A DNA stretch of 64,000 bases from Haliotis rubra (Eukaryota): the NCBI RefSeq assembly GCF_003918875.1, contig NW_025765003.1:4650001-4714000 (forward strand), given 5' to 3'. The notes under the pieces are model-generated. The model searched no databases. It was not told the origin of the DNA and was given only the letters and a program-made list of their open reading frames with translations. The position numbers and the translations under genes were made by a program. Of this stretch, positions 38,073 through 50,761 are shown in pieces. The first letter of the stretch is position 1. Each line of letters begins with the position of its first letter.

Positions 38073-41000
38073 TCACCCCTCAATGGTAACAATCACCTGG
38101 GCACACATGAAGCACTGTCCCTTCGTACCGGTGATGTTGGCGGTCAGTTTGTAGGAACCCTGTGGGAAGAAACAAGCATTCAACGAACCCAAGGCCAAAT
38201 ATGATACAAAAATTCAAATGTTCCATTCCCCCTATTTTAAAACTGGTAAATTTTATTTCATTTATATGAGAATCATCATGAGAGAAGTATATCCTTCTTC
38301 TGTCGCTAGTTCTTTAAAAAATACAAATGTTCGATATTTTAAGGGTGAAGGGCAAATTATTGTTGATAATGCAAGACTTTATTATTATCACATTATACTG
38401 TGGTCAAAGTGCAGGCAGGTAATTAAGCCCCTGGCGGTGATGAAAACATGTTTGTTTCAAAGTGGTGATTTTTTTTAATTTTCAATGAGAAGTTACCATA
38501 ATCAAGTCTTACAATATGACAAAAAGTAACTACCGTAAGTTCTGAAATAGTAACGTCTTATTTGGTCACAGTCAGCAGTATTCCACACAGTGGCATTTAA
38601 AATTCTGGATCAGGCAATCCAGTGATTGATATTATTTCTCATGCCGTTGGGTACGAACAAAAACAAAATAGCATATCACTAAGCTGGTGGCAAATATATG
38701 ACTGGTATGAAATTACTATGAATAGGGCCTGTTCTGAAACATGCATTGAGAAAAGGACAACTTTGACATTATTTTAAGAACTGGGCGGTCACCCTGTCTG
38801 ACACCCATGAAGATCCGGGTTATAATTGATCTTCAGCAACTCATGCTTGTCGTAAGAGGCGACTAACTGGATCGGGTGGTCAGGCTCGTTGACTTGATTG
38901 ACACATGTCATCGGTTCCCAATTGCGTAGATCGATGCTCATGCTGTTGATCACTGGATTGTCTGAGCGGGAATATTGCTGAGAGCAACAAACTAACCAAC
39001 CAACCACACTGTTTGACTATGTCATTTGTTTGCCAGCCTTCTGTAGATTAATGTCAGGATCCTGGGATATACTATAGCTGGAATATTGCTGGCTACAACA
39101 TATAGCTCATCCCCTCAGTTAACAAGCATCACAGGGATGTACTCACTGGAGGCAAGGCTGTCAGGTCTGGCTGGTCGTACTTCACATCAATATGCGCTGT
39201 AGAAAGAACAAGGTGGGGATGGTGAGAATTTGGCTATTAATCGGAATCTTTCACACTGATGACCCTCCATTAAGGCCACATAAAAAATGTTGTTTCTCAG
39301 CACTGATTAAAATTTTGACACAGTTCACTATTTGTTACGAGATAGGGGTGCAAAGAGAGGAACAGCCAGGTGTGCGAGAAAGGATGATGACAGCACAGCA
39401 CAGGTAAATGATTCAATAACTTTGTTGGCACTTGTGCACGTGCTCCACGTACACCTGGCTGTTCCTCTCTTTGCAGTCCTCCCTCGTAACAAATGGTGAA
39501 CTTTGTCAAAATTTTAATGATAGTTTGTTAAACAACTTGTTTTATTTCTAGGACATAAATTCTGCAAACAAAACACAGAGTTGGTCTGATCGTTTGATCA
39601 TGATCAGTGTTTCATTGAGTATTATATGTTCAGTAGTTTTCGAGTTAGATTGCAATTCATCGGTCCGATTTTGAGCCAAACGGATTATAGTAAAGGCTGC
39701 TTCTTTAAAGGAGCCCCAGGTCGGTATTCGCCATACCATGCCACTATCTGGACTCTCGAGATGACATAATGTACCAGAGGCAGTGTTTCTAGCTGAGGGT
39801 TCTGATCCCAAATTTGCCCAAATGATAATGCTTGGTTTGTCGGCACCATGCCTTGCTCTAGATTTCCCAAGATGTAAATTATGAGGCCAGCTTCCATGTA
39901 ATGTTTCCCTTCCATGTTAAACTGGCGATGATATGATGACTTGAAAGCTTTTCAAAGTTTGGACAGATCACCCAAACCATCAACACAATGCACTATCTCC
40001 CATACACCAAGACAATCAGTTGCTCTCCAAGGAAAAATAATGTTGCGATCTAAACCTACCTCCTGTTTTGATTGGACACAAGTTCTTGAAAAGCTTGTTC
40101 ATGATGGCACAGTTCAGGGGCAATGAGTCTGTGATGAAGGGCTCACTCGATCCGTCTGTGTACACGGCCACGTCCGCTTGACCACTACTGAAGTCAGCAG
40201 CTATAACATAGAGAGTTCTGGTACAGATTCCAACGTGTAAATGTACCATTACCTGTATCTATCGGTCGTCTACATGTTCGGTGGGTGACAATTAAGGATA
40301 TCTTGCAGGTCAGGTCAACACATAAACAGTGTTCCGATTAAGATAATGCTGTACAACTTATGAAAGTTGTGTCTGCTCTATTTGAGACGTCGACGTCGAT
40401 GCTCGGGCGTCAGAGAGAATTTAGGTTAATGTCGTACTCGGTAATATTTCAGCTATATGGCGACGGTCTGTAAATACTCTAGTCTACACCACACAATCTT
40501 GTGATCAATTAACATCATAAGCATCGATCTACACAAATGGAATACGAAAACATGTGTCAATCAAGTAAGCGAGCCAGACCACCCAATCCCGGTATGTGCC
40601 TCTAAGGACAAGCATGGGCAGATGAAGATCAATTCTAACCCAGATCTTCACGGATTGCACCGAATAAATCTAAGCAGGCCAGGAGCCTTTAATGTACTAA
40701 GACTACACAGACGTTTCTAAGGAACATACATGCACGATACCACACAGAATGGCCAGCATATGGCACACACACACGTGATTTACCTGCAATCATTTGGAGA
40801 TTGAACATGACTCCACGAGACGGGTTCACAATCTTGGGAGTCCAGGTCAGGTTAAACTTCTGTAGACCTAAAGGGAATGAGTGAGTGAGTGTGTTTGGTT
40901 TTACGCCGCTTTTTTTTCAATATTCCAGCAATGGGCTTCACACATTGTGCCCATGTGGGAAATGGAACCCGGTCTTCGGCGTGACGAGCGAGCGCTTTAA

Positions 41001-42514
41001 CCACGTGTACCAGGCTACCCCACCGCCCCCTAAAGGGAATGAAGCAAGGAAGCGAGCATCATTGAAAGTAATATATATATTTCATGATTCATTATTCCTA
41101 AACACTCCTACAGTTGAAACATCCATGATTAACAGAGAGGTGAAACAGAGAACAAAATACTCACACTTGGTCAGTGTTATGAGTGAGTAAGTGTCGTTCT
41201 ATGCCTCTTTCAGCAATATTCCAGCAATATCACAGCTGTGGATACCAGAAATGGGCTTCACACACTGTACCCATGTGGGGAATCGAACCCAGATCTTCCG
41301 CGTGACGAGCAGGCCGAACGCTTTAACCAATAGGCTACCCCACCGTCAGTGTAATGACGTATTCCGCGTGACGAGCGAATGCTTTAACCAATAGGCTACC
41401 CCACCGTCAGTGTAATGACGTATTCCGCGTGACGAGCGAACGCTTTAACCAATAGGCTACCCAACCGTCAGTGTAATGACGTATTTCGCGTGACGAGCGA
41501 ACGCTTTAACCAATAGGCTACCCCACCGTCAGTGTAATGACGTATTCCGCGTGACGAGCGCGAACGCTTTAACCAATAGGCTACCCCACCCCACCGTCAG
41601 TGTAATGACGTATTCCGCGTGACGAGCGAACGCTTTAACCACTAGGCTACCCCACCGTCAGTGTAATGACGTATTCCGCGTGACGAGCGAACGCTTTAAC
41701 CAATAGGCTACCCCACCGTCAGTGTAATGACGTATTCCGCGTGACGAGCGAACGCTTTAACCACTAGGCTACCCCACCGTCAGTGTAATGACATATTCCG
41801 CGTGACGAGCGAACGCTTTAACCAATAGGCTACCCCACCGTCAGTGTAATGACGTATTCCGCGTGACGAGCGAACGCTTTAACCAATAGGCTACCCCACC
41901 GTCAGTGTAATGACGTATTCCGCGTGACGAGCGAACGCTTTAACCACTAGGCTACCCCACCGTCAGTGTAATGACGTATTCCGCGTGACGAGTGAACGCT
42001 TTAACCACCGTCAGTGTAATGACGTATTCCATAATGACATATTCCATAATTCTTCCTTCAAATTTCAAGCTGAGAAAACGTTCATCTTTTAGACGCGAAC
42101 ACTCAACCTATATAATCAAATATTGATCTTAATTGCAGTGTTATTTATAAATTCCCTGTAAATATCAAATGACAATCCAAATGACAGAGGTGAGTGTAAT
42201 ATTTACACAATTAGCAATTCAAGATTGGTCGATACGATCTTTTTTTCCATTTCACGTAAAACAATAAATATAATTGTGAAAAACACTTCATATTTACCAC
42301 CGCAGCTTGTAGCCTTGCCACTGTCAGTTAGTCTCACCACGGGTTGAGGCTTGAAAAAATTGCCCAGAGCTTCTTTGATTGATGTGACCTTCGCCTTTGT
42401 CAACAGAGCCGCTTTCTGATACTTGCTTTCAAACAGTAAGGGAGCGTCTTCATGGAACTCGACTGCCGCAGAGATCGACATGAACAGGAGAACACACACT
42501 GCCAAATGCTCCAT
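38073..42514 (-). CDS. Secreted ML-domain (MD-2/NPC2/GM2A-like) lipid-binding protein, 5 exons, 192 aa
   Basis: Exons 42514-42298, 40867-40784, 40200-40060, 39196-39147 and 38159-38073 are in phase. Signal peptide MEHLAVCVLLFMSISAA. ML-type pattern ATSC...LNC...LCPIKTG...LPPGSYKLTANI..CFMCAQVIVTI. Confidence 0.8.
39306..39518. repeat. Long inverted repeat in an ML-gene intron
   Basis: Arms of about 70 bp: ATTAAAATTTTGAC..AGCCAGGTGT / ACACCTGGCT..GTCAAAATTTTAAT. Confidence 0.8.
41296..42030. repeat. 61-bp tandem array (about 12 copies) derived from the SINE-A 5' head plus flank
   Basis: Unit TTCCGCGTGACGAGCGAACGCTTTAACCAATAGGCTACCCCACCGTCAGTGTAATGACGTA, continuing directly from the SINE at 41181-41345. 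Confidence 0.95.
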
Positions 42515-44125
42515 GGTCTTGTCTGTCTGTGTGGTGCCTTTAACAAAGGTATTCAATACATGCATTTAAGCAGTTTTGATTTCACGCCACGTGGAGGATG
42601 GACCAACAACTTCTTTCTGCTCAGAAAAGGTCGCCTTTAATCGGTTTGTATATGTCGTTTCCTGAACGAGTGTATGAACTAAAACTGGAAATTCTACTTG
42701 GGACGAAAAACGGTTGGAATTCATTCCTCGGCATATCCACTATCTGTACCAATCTACTTAGCATCTCTTCCTTGTATAGGTGCATTTTAACTCCTCACTC
42801 AACGATATTCTAACCAATATTCATACGGAGGACGCTGATGAACGACACCTTACAGTCAATTTCACCAACTAGTGACACGTGTACGTACATGCATCTCGTG
42901 ACTGCTATGTATACAGTCTGTTCTGAAACATGTATTGGGAAAAGGACAACTCTGACATTATTTTAAGGATCGGTATGTCACCCTGTTTGACACCCGTAAA
43001 GACACATCCGGGTTAGAATTGGGGTCTTCAGCAACCCACAAGAGGCGGGAAGAGGCGGGTGGTTGGGCACGCTGACTTGGTTGACACGTTATTGTATCCC
43101 AATTGCGTAGATCGATGCTCATGCTGTGGATCACTGGATGTTCTGGCCCAGACTCGATTATTTACAGACCGCCGCAATATAGCTGGAATATTGCTGAGTG
43201 AGGCGTTAAACAACAATCAACCTATACGATTATTTCTTTGACATTGTTATGTGGCAGTATTATTCCTTGTGATACACTGTTCCAAGCTGTACCTGGTGGC
43301 ATCAGTTTGGGGCAGTGGTGTGCCACAGTTCTAGAGGCTTTCATCGTGTTCTGACCCGCAAAATATTACAGAAACATCTGGAATGTTCTACCAAAACGTT
43401 CAGTGTTTTGCCTGAGAGTATTGTTGATTTTTTTCTATGCCTTTTCTGTGGTATATTAGAGGGGCTAGCTATTGCCTCTCATCTCACATTACCTTACATC
43501 AGAGTCTAGAAGAATACCAGTATTTAGTGTGATCCCACTATACCCCAGATACCCTGTCTAGATTTGGTAAGTTGGATTACAGTCGCTGACAGGTGACTTA
43601 CCATCATTGTCTGAAGTGTTGGCTTCTATTCAGTGCTAATTAACTGTTAAATGTTGGCGTCCAATCAGCGTTTTTTTCACTCTTTAGTAACACCAAAATA
43701 AGACCACGATTGGTACATATCGACCTACATATTCCACGTGGTCAGGACACCAGGGTCGTTTGCAGACATAGCTTCGTTCGACATACATGGAATACAAGCT
43801 TATCGATATTTTACTGCAACAAAAGTAGTCAAAAGTGGTTAACATTATAATTTTATATTTATAATATCTACGATTTATTACTTCTAGCTGTTTAATAAAT
43901 TCCCTTTTAAAATATTTGAGTGTTGGAGTAGCATTTGACACATTGCACTTGTAAACATATACAATTTTGTACTGTGAAGACATAATTAAGACTTATTTGT
44001 CCTTTGTCAATCACACATCAAAGTCAGTTAACTGTTGACTTCCATTGGTTAGCCCGCATCGTTGTTGTCTTATCACTTTTGTTGTTATTACATGTACATA
44101 TGCTCACTGCTTCAAACCATTCATT

Positions 44126-44165
44126 CACCCGATGAAGAAGTAAGGATATACTCCGAAACGTTGTG
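44126..44165 (+). ncRNA. Minimal hammerhead motif, degenerate (U4C), in a PLE remnant
   Basis: CAC-CCGATGA-A-GAAGTA(aggata)TACTCC-GAAA-CG-TT-GTG, then AATAAAGAAG..ATCCATA tail. Confidence 0.55.
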
Positions 44166-44377
44166 TTCCTCATAATAAAGAAGCTGACATCCATACCATG
44201 TTACTCTCTTCCTTATCGCTGTCTTTATTGCTAATATCACTGCTCAGACATTACATTACCTTTGAATTGTACTGCCATTCTCTTTTGTGTACTGCCTTAG
44301 TTTGCAAGTTACGTATGTTGCCACGTGAGAACACACTGTGAAAAGGGGAACACCTCAAATTTAAAAATGGTTACGTT

Positions 44378-44491
44378 CCAGGGCCTAGATTTTCGAAGCG
44401 CTCTTGGCGCTAAGATGGTCGTAAGTTAATGTTAATGTATGGCACTTACGACTATCATAGCGCTAAGAGAGCTCCGAAAATCTAGGCCCTG
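44378..44491. mobile_element. Short palindromic MITE
   Basis: CAGGGCCTAGATTTTCG..CGAAAATCTAGGCCCTG, arms of about 50 bp. Confidence 0.7.
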
Positions 44492-46006
44492 CAATATCTT
44501 TCAGGGTCAAACTGACACCAGTGTGCCACTGTTGGGATCGGGCTGCAACGTGGCGATCAGTGAACTAACACTACTGGCCGTTGAGCTTCGTGGAGAGTCG
44601 ATCTGGAATTGTTTGTCGGGTAACCAGTAACCTCGTATCCGAGGCCGGCCATTTCATTGAATGCCTGATCCTATCTTGGGAATTTTGGATGTACGCGTTC
44701 CTGGTCCAGGCCGATCTTCAAATTGCTTTCTTTGGTGGATTCTATTTAACAGTCTGTGAGCACAGATTGTAACACATAAACATATCAATCCAACTGATGA
44801 GTTCGTCATGCTTCAGACTCGACATTGTTACTTGGACACCTTATGGTAATCATATAGTACAGTGGGAGTTTCACACAGTTGTGATGTTCACTAAAGCCTG
44901 ATAAATTCAAGTAAAATATGGTTAATGAGTTTGTTCAAAATTGCCTCTGTTCATCCAGCAGAATATGGGTACCCGGTGGGATAAGTCATGTGACTATAAC
45001 CTTCTAGCGCCTCACAGGCACCTTGGGTTATAATGAACTGTCTATTTGTATGCGCTTTGAGCATGCACTTGTATGGATTTTAGCGCTATATAGGAGTACA
45101 CATTGTTATTGTTATTAATATCAGAAACGCAACCATACGCGTTTTGATGCCGATTACCCGATGCACGTTCAGAGAAGGGACGTGTGTGTCTATTTACTGT
45201 CTCTGTCGATAATTGTCCCCATGTGTTATGAAATGAAAAGCGAGCATTAACCTGTTAATGATAGTCTCGGTCAAGGTGCTGATTCGGATCCATCGGAAGT
45301 ACTCGTAAAATCATCAAATGACCATCAAATAATACAACTTTTATCATGTGAAAGTCAGTTAGTTACTTCAGTTGTACATCCACTTTTAGCAATATTTCAG
45401 CAAATTCGCGGCAGGGGACACCAGAAATGGGCCTCACACATGTACCCATGTGGGGAATGGAACCCGGATCTTCGACGTAACGAGCGAACGCTTTAACCAC
45501 CAGGCTACCCCATCGCCCCTTATCATGTGAGACAAAACCCTGTTAGGTACACTTGAATTCTTTAAGTAAATCTTGAAGATTATCCCATGTTTAAATATTT
45601 GTGCTGATCGCTTCACAACTGCGGTGCTTTTTCCACTGACTGAATCAGTTTAGTTTATGTTGACGCCATACATGCATTATAAACAACATAAATAATCGAA
45701 GTATAGTGAAATGCCACTTAAACTTAGGCGAGGCGTAGACACAGAGGCCCTTGTGTTATTGCTGAAATATTTCCAAATTATCATATATCATAGAACATTG
45801 CATTTCTGACTCTCTTGGTATATCAATAGCTCCGGCGATATGCAAACGACACATGACAGTCTGGTTCCCTGCTATGCTCAGTGAAGCGACCGCGCAGTGT
45901 ATCCGGGGAACCAGACTGCGACACAACGGTCAAGAATGTGTGAAGGCAGAGTGAAAAGTGGTGATGCGTCTGTAAAATATCCCAAATTTGTCAGGAATCT
46001 CATTTG

Positions 46007-46206
46007 AAGAGGAACAATTTTTATGGATAAGACAACTTCTTTGCTGCAGTAGATGCGACGTTTCGGTGTAGATCCTAACTGCGTTATTTGTTTGATAACG
46101 GTGTTAGGATCTACACCGAAACGTCGCATCTACTCTACAAAGACGTTGTCTATCCATAAAAAGTGTTCCTCTTCATCATACCAGTTTCTAAATGCCACTT
46201 AAGGAA
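46007..46206. mobile_element. Second foldback PLE remnant with U3-A8 hammerhead motif (46089-46128, + strand)
   Basis: Inverted arms of about 80 bp, 12-bp direct repeat GAATCTCATTTG on both sides, TTGATAA-C-GGTGT..ACACC-GAAACGTC. Shares the tail ATCCATAAAAA...TTCTAAATGCCACT with 3761-4135. Confidence 0.7.
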
Positions 46207-47571
46207 GAATCTCATTTGTTAAGGGGTTCCCAGACTAACGCTTAGTCTCTGAATATATATAATTTTGATAGCAACAAATAAACCCATTTAAATTGAAAAG
46301 GAGCCCCAGTGAGATGGGAAATTCAGATTCTGAACCTGAGGGAATCTAGACTTGCTTCATTTAGGGCTTTAGCATTGGAGGGAGGGCTAGGCAGTAGGGA
46401 AAATAATGTGGTTCAGGGACTGTAAGACATACTAAGAGGTTCCGTGTGTGACTTTACAGTGTAAAAAAGACGTTCAAATTTTTAACTAAACGGGTACATA
46501 TATCCGTATATGATAATTAACAATGTCACAAAATATTTACACTTTCAGAGTATACATTAAGTAGATTATTTAGCACAGCAAAATGGCGTCTGTATTTTAG
46601 CAAAATGTCCTTCACATTGCACAGTATCGTATCTCAACTGCATGGTATGATGAGCATGGTGCCAGTTGCTGGAGTATCTGGTCCTGGATCGTTTATTTAC
46701 AGAATATTGCCGAGTGTGGCGTTAAAATATAAAACAAACCCCATGCAATTGGAATTGCTAATCAATCTAGCTACTGGTATCAACCAGGCATCATAACATT
46801 GTCTCGTAAATCAATAAAAAGGGCCAAGCTTGTTGATTTTCCTGATACCAATAAAAAAAAACAACTTCCGAAACTATTTTCTAAGTTTTAGAAATAAAAT
46901 GTGAAGATTATATCTGTGTGCGAAGACTTACCTAGTGATGTACAAAATCCAACTCAGATTACGAAGTGTAACAAATCTTTATTGATGGGAATTCCTTACT
47001 TCCTTGTCAGTAGATGTAGACTCTAGACACCGCGTTGCTGATAGTCTAAGTTAGGAGAATAGCGAGGACGTTCGCGTTTCACTTCATTCGTGACCAACTC
47101 GTGTTATTCCGGGACAAGCCGAATAGCGACTCGTGTCCCCCCCTGGAAGGATTTCATATTGACGCGTGAACATCAGAACTACTTTAAACAGGAACGATAA
47201 CTCTTTTCTTGTTTGATTCCAATGGTACTTAATATCACCGAAGTAATCATATATTGTATTGCTGTTTATGTTTTTAAACCTTTTGGAGGTTACGGAAAGA
47301 GGCGAGTAGTGACGAATGGTTTCACTTCTCTCTGAGTGAAGCGCCAGCGCAGCATGCCCAGAGAACCAGGCTGTCCACTTCGCGCGTTGGCAAAACTCTT
47401 CTCCAGCGCGTGACATCGTAAAGTTTGTTCACGGTGTCATCACGCACGGGCTATCGCTGTGAGGAGGTAGGATCATAGATTGCAAAGCATTTACTTCCCT
47501 TTGTTAAAAGGAAAGAGTGTAATATCCAGTGTTGATTATGTAGGCCGATGAAACACTTCTCGCGGCGAAAG

Positions 47572-47615
47572 ATGTTACGTAGAAAAGTAGCTGTCGACGC
47601 TTCCCTAAGAGGAAG
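47572..47615 (+). CDS. Candidate first coding exon of the SPIDR-like gene
   Basis: ATG in a CpG-rich patch (about 47050-47620) with strong donor AAG|GTACGT. Joining to 51610 gives ..PKRK|LEDD.. only if one A is added in the AAAA run at 47583-47586. Confidence 0.35.
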
Positions 47616-48069
47616 GTACGTTCCACTGTTATGAAATGTTCTGAAATTTTCCTGTCAAGCAGACGTTTTGATCTGACGAATAATGACAATGCCATTTTAG
47701 TAAATTGTGCTAACTGTAGCAGACGAAACCTATTGACCAAGGCAGGGGCTGTGTCAGTGTTAGCTATGTCAGTGTTTGTGTTCCTGTTCCTGTTCCTGTT
47801 CCTGTGGTCACTACCTGGAAACTATTTCCACCCTTCTAATTTTGCCTGGTTTAGGCGGACGTGTTTACCATAACATGTTAATGCAATGAACCTCAATAGA
47901 TGACAAGGCAAACTGACTTTGTTGGAAGTTAAAAGCAATGAAACATTCTAATCTTCTGGGAACCTGACTAACCCATCCTTGTGAAAAACTGAAAAAGAGG
48001 ATGTGGAAAGAGTTCCTTCCGTTCCCCCAACTCTAAAGCAAACTCTAAACCTAACCAAAACCTAGCACT

Positions 48070-48552
48070 ATAGTACTGTCGGAAATAGACAAAAACTGTA
48101 TTTTCTCATTTATCTCTACAATTTATGCTCTTTTACATATCTCAACATAAACTATATGAAAGAAAGTCACGTAAGATGTTAATCAATAGATGAGACATAG
48201 TCAACACACATGAAAAAGCACAAAATATCTTTGAAATGACCCCTTGTGCCTGTAGGCAGCACATGCATTTTATGCCAGGTGAGTCGACGGTCCATCGTCA
48301 TACCTGGCTGAGCAACCTAATTGCCATCTATAGTCTGAACTATTGTTTTCAGCAGCTATTCATATTTTTTCTAAGTTTTGCCCGATTTTACGAGTAAACA
48401 TGCTTTTCTGGATATCGTATTACGCATCCCACTGAACGCCCAGTTAGGCCGAAGTGGGTTATTTCGACATATGCTATTTGCAATTGTGTAAATTTTAGGG
48501 ATACAGAGTAACAGCCTAAAAACAGTTTTTTTCTATTTCCGACAGTACTTTA
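48070..48552. mobile_element. MITE family copy B
   Basis: Same AGTACTGTCGGAAATAG TIRs. Internally shorter and in opposite orientation to copy A. Confidence 0.8.
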
Positions 48553-50059
48553 ACTTAAATTTTGGACTTTTAATCGTTTTGTGAGTTCTCTAGTAATTGT
48601 TGTGTTAAGTTTTGTTTATAATTCTAGAATATATATACATATTATTTGGGATGGGGGAACGGGAGGAACTCTTACCGAGAATGTTTTGGTTTTTTTAAAT
48701 GTCATGTATCCCTGATTTATGAATGGCAGTGGTTGTTTAAAACTACTTTGAAAGTCTGTGATAATTCTTTGACTTCTTTTACATAGTGAAATTGTGATTG
48801 TAGCAATAAACTTAGTAAGTCAACACTTGTATCCGAGGATACTAAAATTGAGCAAAAGGCTCTTTCCTTTCTCAGCACTTGTGGAAGTGTAACTAGTGCC
48901 AGATACTCCACAGGTCCTGAAGTAGCTTTATATCTGTTTGTGTTATTTCAATGTATCTTCAATTTACTTGCCCTGACACCATCTTCACAATATTCACATC
49001 ACAGCATCTTTCCAACTTCCTACACATTTGTTCAGTTAGTAATGCAGACATTATTATGACATAGGTACGTGCCTGTTTAAAACCCAAGTCTGCAGTACAT
49101 GAATAATAGTGTTAATAATAATCTAAACCTGGCTAGAGGCATTATTCGTGCCCCATTATCACTTCAAAGTAAACATTCCCAAACTGGAGTTGCAAAGTTC
49201 CTATTTTATAAAGTGCTAAGTAATACAGGCCCTGATTTCTCGAAACAAACTTAAGGTTTTGCTCAAATTTCAAATTGAGTTTGACAAATTGAGACAGCCG
49301 AATTTCTAACTCAACTGCATTTCTAAAATCAAAAAACCCCAAACAACTCAAGTACCTAGTAAACATAAATTGTCTCCTATGTTTGAGTTAAATATCGAAA
49401 TGCAAGTTCATGCGTTTCCTCAAATTTGAGTAAAACCTTTAACTGAAGTCAAAACACAGACTTAAGTTTGTTTCAAGATATAGGGTCACTACTTACCACT
49501 ATATGAAATAGGAACTTTGCAACTCCAGTTTTAGTGAGATTCCATTGGTAGCATAACCAAAAGGGTAGGAGATATTTACTTTTAGATGAATGTATTGAAT
49601 GCGGAGTTACAAAATACAATAATGATGATGATGATGATGACCAAGGGAAATTGATTTGAAGTCCTAGATAAATCAACGCTAATGTTACGGCTTGGTCAAG
49701 CTGATTTGTATTTTGCTGAGAACTGGTACAATTAAGAGGAAACTGTTTAAGCAAACATTATTGACATAAATAACATCTTTAGGTACATGTAAAATTTAGA
49801 AAATAAGAACTTACCCAAAATAACAATTGAACTGAAAAAACCCCATTTGATGTGGAGCAGCTTTTTACAAGACATTCAAATTTACTTCTAATACTCACAA
49901 ATGTAGAGAATGGATGCAGAAAAAAAATCAGTGTGTCCAGAGGGACGCACAATATCATTCACTGTACCCACAAAACATCTATGACTTTGCTAAGTGTTTG
50001 GTTGTTTCTTTCAGAGCAGTTACGTGCATCATTTCACCCATCAGTCCACATAATTAATG

Positions 50060-50512
50060 CAGAGATACCAACCCTTACGCTTTAGGCGTAATTATTACGA
50101 TTTTGACCATTAAATTACGCCATTACACTTAATCTGCGAAAATTACGCTTTTCTACTCGTTTTTCGAAAATCAGTTAAATGGATAAATTTTCACAGGGAA
50201 GTGTTTCGTAACGCACAGGTGCAGGGGTGCAGAAATGGCCTTGCACCAATAGGAATCGCTTACTCTTAGCATCACACTCATTCCAATTTACTTGCAAGGA
50301 ATTAAAGTATTTTGAGTCACATGACCAACAATTTTCGATGTATGGAGCTTCATAATGATTGATCACATGTGTTTCTGTCTAGAATCTTCCTTTCGTGAAA
50401 GCGTGTACCATGTTGAAGCGATCGGCAGACAAGTATTACACTTTTTAGCTCCAAATTACACTTTTTGACCTCTAGTATTACACTTAGGCCCCAAATAGGT
50501 TTGGCATCTCTG
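50060..50512. mobile_element. MITE with ATTAC(G/A)C subterminal repeats
   Basis: CAGAGATACCAA / TTGGCATCTCTG ends with TTAATG on both flanks. Confidence 0.6.
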
Positions 50513-50761
50513 TTAATGATTCATTCCAGGCTTTATAGAAGTGATCAAAACATACTCTACACCATTACTTCACAGGACCCATGTATTGCCCACAAGGACC
50601 CTTAAACCTAATAATTAGGGATCCCTGGGACCCCCATCTTTTTGAGTCAGGGTAAAACCCTGGATGCAGAGGTGTTTAGTTTTAGACTCTAGACCCATCC
50701 TTGTTGGTGTTCAATGCAATATGATTGTAAAGCAGGTGGCGGTTTGTCACACTGTGTTGGT

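Noticed and set aside
41296-42030. CRISPR-like appearance of regular repeats (also 12355-14950 and 63126-64000)
   Set aside because: The units are contiguous with no unique spacers, there are no cas genes, and the context is eukaryotic.
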